A DNA stretch of 64,000 bases from Obrimoposthia wandeli (lineage: Eukaryota): contig CDROCS010002432.1 in the NCBI GenBank assembly GCA_977020255.1, positions 124,001 to 188,000 on the forward strand, read 5' to 3'. Numbering within the stretch: position 1 is the stretch's first letter; each line of letters opens with the position of its first letter. Below, piece by piece: positions 62,454-64,000 of this stretch. A program made the position numbers and the translations under genes. Under the pieces are notes generated by a model. It was given only the letters and a program-made list of their open reading frames with translations, searched no databases and was not told the DNA's origin.

Positions 62454-64000
62454 TTATTTTTGCTCACTGAGTAGGCTATGTAGTTCACCTATCTCAGTTT
62501 TAGTTAAGCCAACTGTGCGTTGTTTTTCCATTAATTCATTTGAACGATTTTCTAAAAACTTGTTCAGAAAATTTTCAATAATATCAAGAAACGTATCTTC
62601 AGCATGTATAGCTTCGATATGATGCTGTATACACATTATTTTGGTTAACTGTTTTCCTGCTTCTTGATCTCTAAAGTGCTCAATAAGCTGAGCGCTGTTT
62701 GCTTTCGGGTTTTGTTTACATAACATGATTAACTCGTTAAGTAATGGTATGCCCGGTAAGTTCAAATCAGCTAAAATTTTTGGATCAGGTAACTTATCTA
62801 CTATATGGGGATGCTCAAGTAATAATGCAATAGCTAATCGAATTGGGGTATTTTTAATGTGCTTATTTCGTTTGGCTGTCCCTGATTCTTCTGGTTTTGT
62901 AACAAAATTAGTTTGCAGTTTTTTTAATTGCGCTTCATTGTTCGCACCAAATTGGTTAGCTAACTTAGTGACAATGGCATCTTTTAAGTTGCTTTCGGGT
63001 AATTTGGTTAAATAAGGATAAAAAGCGGCAATGGCTGCGCCTTTACCTTCAGCAGAAGTCATGTCTAGTTGTGATAGCAGATGATCAAACAAAAATTGTG
63101 AAAGCGGTGTTGCGTTGTCTAATACAGTTTCAAATGCTGCTTGGCCTTGCTCACGGATCATCGAGTCTGGATCTTCTCCGTCAGGTAAAAAAACAAATTT
63201 AAGGCTAAACCCATCTTGAATTAACGGCAGGGCATTATCCATTGCGCGCCATGCTGCGTCACGACCGGCTCGGTCGCCATCGTAACAACAAATAACTTCT
63301 TTTACGGTGCGAAATAAGGTTTGTAATTGCTCAGGTGTTGTTGCCGTGCCAAGCGATGCAACAGCGTAATCAACACCATGTTGGGCAAGTGCTACAACAT
63401 CCATATAGCCTTCAACAACGACTAAGCGTGTCAGTTGTTTGTTCGCTTGTTTTGCTTCAAACAAGCCGTATAACTCTTGGCCTTTATGGTAAATACGTGT
63501 TTCTGGCGAGTTGAGGTACTTCGGATTACCGTCGCCTAATACCCGGCCACCAAAACCGATAACACGGCCACGTTTATCACGAATTGGAAACTGTATTCGA
63601 CCGCGAAATCGGTCATAAGGTTTGTTTTTATCACCTTGAATGGCCATACCTAAGTCGACAAGTTGCTGATTTATCTGACCACTACGGCCAAATACTTTCA
63701 TCATGCCGTCCCAAGCATCGCTGATATAACCAATACCGAAACGCTTAACTATTTCACCGCTTAAGCCACGACCTTTTAAATAATCTATGGCGACGTCTTT
63801 ATCGGTAGCAACCTTTAGTTGCTGTTGAAAAAACTGACTGATTTGCGCCATTAATTCATAGTCATCTTGTTTTTGTATGTAGGCTTTTTGATCTTGCTTT
63901 TGTTGTGCTGGTGAGCGGTTGTTCTGTTCGCGTGGTACTTCCATATTATAATGGGAAGCCAATTCTTCTACCGCATCAGGAAACTCTAAACGCTCGAATT
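62454..64000 (-). CDS. dnaG: DNA primase (5' end outside window)
   Basis: YDRFRGRI.FPI, KYLNSPET, VVEGYMDV, YDGDRAG, GEDPDS; frame open to the window edge. Confidence 0.97.
   Translation of the reverse strand, partial: FERLEFPDAVEELASHYNMEVPREQNNRSPAQQKQDQKAYIQKQDDYELMAQISQFFQQQLKVATDKDVAIDYLKGRGLSGEIVKRFGIGYISDAWDGMMKVFGRSGQINQQLVDLGMAIQGDKNKPYDRFRGRIQFPIRDKRGRVIGFGGRVLGDGNPKYLNSPETRIYHKGQELYGLFEAKQANKQLTRLVVVEGYMDVVALAQHGVDYAVASLGTATTPEQLQTLFRTVKEVICCYDGDRAGRDAAWRAMDNALPLIQDGFSLKFVFLPDGEDPDSMIREQGQAAFETVLDNATPLSQFLFDHLLSQLDMTSAEGKGAAIAAFYPYLTKLPESNLKDAIVTKLANQFGANNEAQLKKLQTNFVTKPEESGTAKRNKHIKNTPIRLAIALLLEHPHIVDKLPDPKILADLNLPGIPLLNELIMLCKQNPKANSAQLIEHFRDQEAGKQLTKIMCIQHHIEAIHAEDTFLDIIENFLNKFLENRSNELMEKQRTVGLTKTEIGELHSLLSEQK

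Overview
64-kb chromosomal window from a marine gammaproteobacterium, most likely Colwelliaceae/Colwellia. The assignment rests on my reading of the 16S variable regions and the gene order; no database search was run. Core blocks: ispB/rplU-rpmA-obgE-folA; lptD-surA-pdxA-rsmA-apaG-apaH; amgK-murU-djlA; a full rrn operon (16S-tRNA-Ile-tRNA-Ala-23S-5S); tRNA-Ile2; dnaG-rpoD. Accessory content: the 3' end of a RAYT/Y1-type transposase with short repeats, a MipA-DUF3019-two-component module, a LysR-gcdH-fused E1-FabD-fold cluster, a RAPP-leader metal-uptake operon, a TonB-dependent receptor, a PEP-CTERM protein, an IS3 element, a porin, two MCPs, and MbnP/MbnH divergent from a choice-of-anchor-B surface protein. 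Best candidates for undescribed biology: (1) a ThDP E1(alpha-beta) enzyme translationally coupled to a FabD-fold acyltransferase that lacks the malonate-binding Arg, next to glutaryl-CoA dehydrogenase and with no E2/E3, suggesting a possible non-canonical 2-oxoadipate to glutaryl-CoA route; (2) a second, broken 5S rRNA copy split by two copies of a ~50-bp double-hairpin repeat; (3) a CxxC/His, RAPP-ending leader peptide heading a His-rich outer-membrane/SBP/permease operon with no ATPase; (4) MbnPH paired with a surface protein whose predicted mature N-terminus is His. Caveat: several indels (TonB receptor, EEP nuclease, second MCP) and a mosaic, indel-rich 16S/23S suggest local assembly or polishing errors, so frameshifts may not be real.
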